DNA from: Candidatus Micrarchaeia archaeon
GTDB taxonomy: Archaea; Micrarchaeota; Micrarchaeia; Burarchaeales; JAVZCV01
Direction: 5' to 3'
Assembly: GCA_038874215.1 (NCBI GenBank)
Contig: JAVZCV010000011.1
Span: forward strand, 1-36,276
Length of the DNA: 36,276 nucleotides
The translations under genes were made by a program, and so were the position numbers. The notes under the pieces were generated by a model that did not search any database, had not been told where the DNA came from, and was given only the letters and a program-made list of their open reading frames with translations. This document shows positions 35,995 through 36,276 of the stretch, one piece after another (within the stretch, counting starts at the first letter, position 1; every line of letters starts with the position of its first letter).

Positions 35995-36276
35995 ATGGCA
36001 AGGCTTATAGTTGGCGTTGACCCTGGCACAACGTTTGCTTTTGCTGCTTTTGACCTTAATGGCAATTTGGTTCGTGTTTTCAGCGAACGAGACATAGGAA
36101 GGGATAGGATCGTAGAGGAGATAAGTAGGTGGGGGGATGTCTCAATTATAGCGACAGATATGGCTGAGGCACCCGAAAGCGTTGTGAAAATAGCAGCTTA
36201 TTTCAATTCCCGCTTATATACTCCGCCCCGCGACCTCCGCTACAAGGAGAAGAGAGAGCTTGCGTGCGAGTGGGAG
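35995..36276 (+). CDS. DUF460 domain protein (RNase H-like fold), partial
   Basis: Manual translation MARLIVGVDPGTTFAFAAFDLNG...IIATDM...LYTPPRDL; runs off the right edge. Confidence 0.85.
   Translation, partial: MARLIVGVDPGTTFAFAAFDLNGNLVRVFSERDIGRDRIVEEISRWGDVSIIATDMAEAPESVVKIAAYFNSRLYTPPRDLRYKEKRELACEWE

Overview
Gene-dense archaeal chromosomal window. Archaeal evidence: Sec61beta, archaeal-type RtcB, AMMECR1, DUF460, tRNAs with bulge-helix-bulge introns, tRNA-Tyr with a C1-G72 pair, TATA boxes and GGTG-type ribosome-binding sites. A DPANN/Micrarchaeota-like origin is my inference only. From left to right it holds membrane and surface proteins, a flippase-like protein, rtcB, a complete pstSCAB-phoU operon, ZIP+Lrp, a Ca/Na antiporter, thioredoxin, a GNAT, an ABC-2 exporter operon ending in a CysRS-like gene that lacks its anticodon-binding domain, a Cys-rich secreted protein, a divergent PurD-like ATP-grasp ligase, a small M28/M42-like peptidase and a beta-CASP/RNase J-like nuclease. 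Next comes a defence-type block beside tRNA-Asp (archaeal ATPase, Type III mod, an embedded gamma-glutamylcyclotransferase, res). After that are intron-containing tRNA-Asp and tRNA-Tyr, a 53-aa polyacidic microprotein, a ~1330-aa surface protein, an AMMECR1-hypothetical-HD operon, Sec61beta and glmM-glmU-DUF460. Best candidates for new biology: (1) a Type III R-M operon with a translationally coupled GGCT, plus a 38-bp direct repeat that could fuse res in frame to the RNase J-like gene; (2) an MshC-sized CysRS paralogue with an exporter, a GNAT and a thioredoxin; (3) the polyacidic microprotein. No database searches were run; all calls come from motifs read in the sequence.
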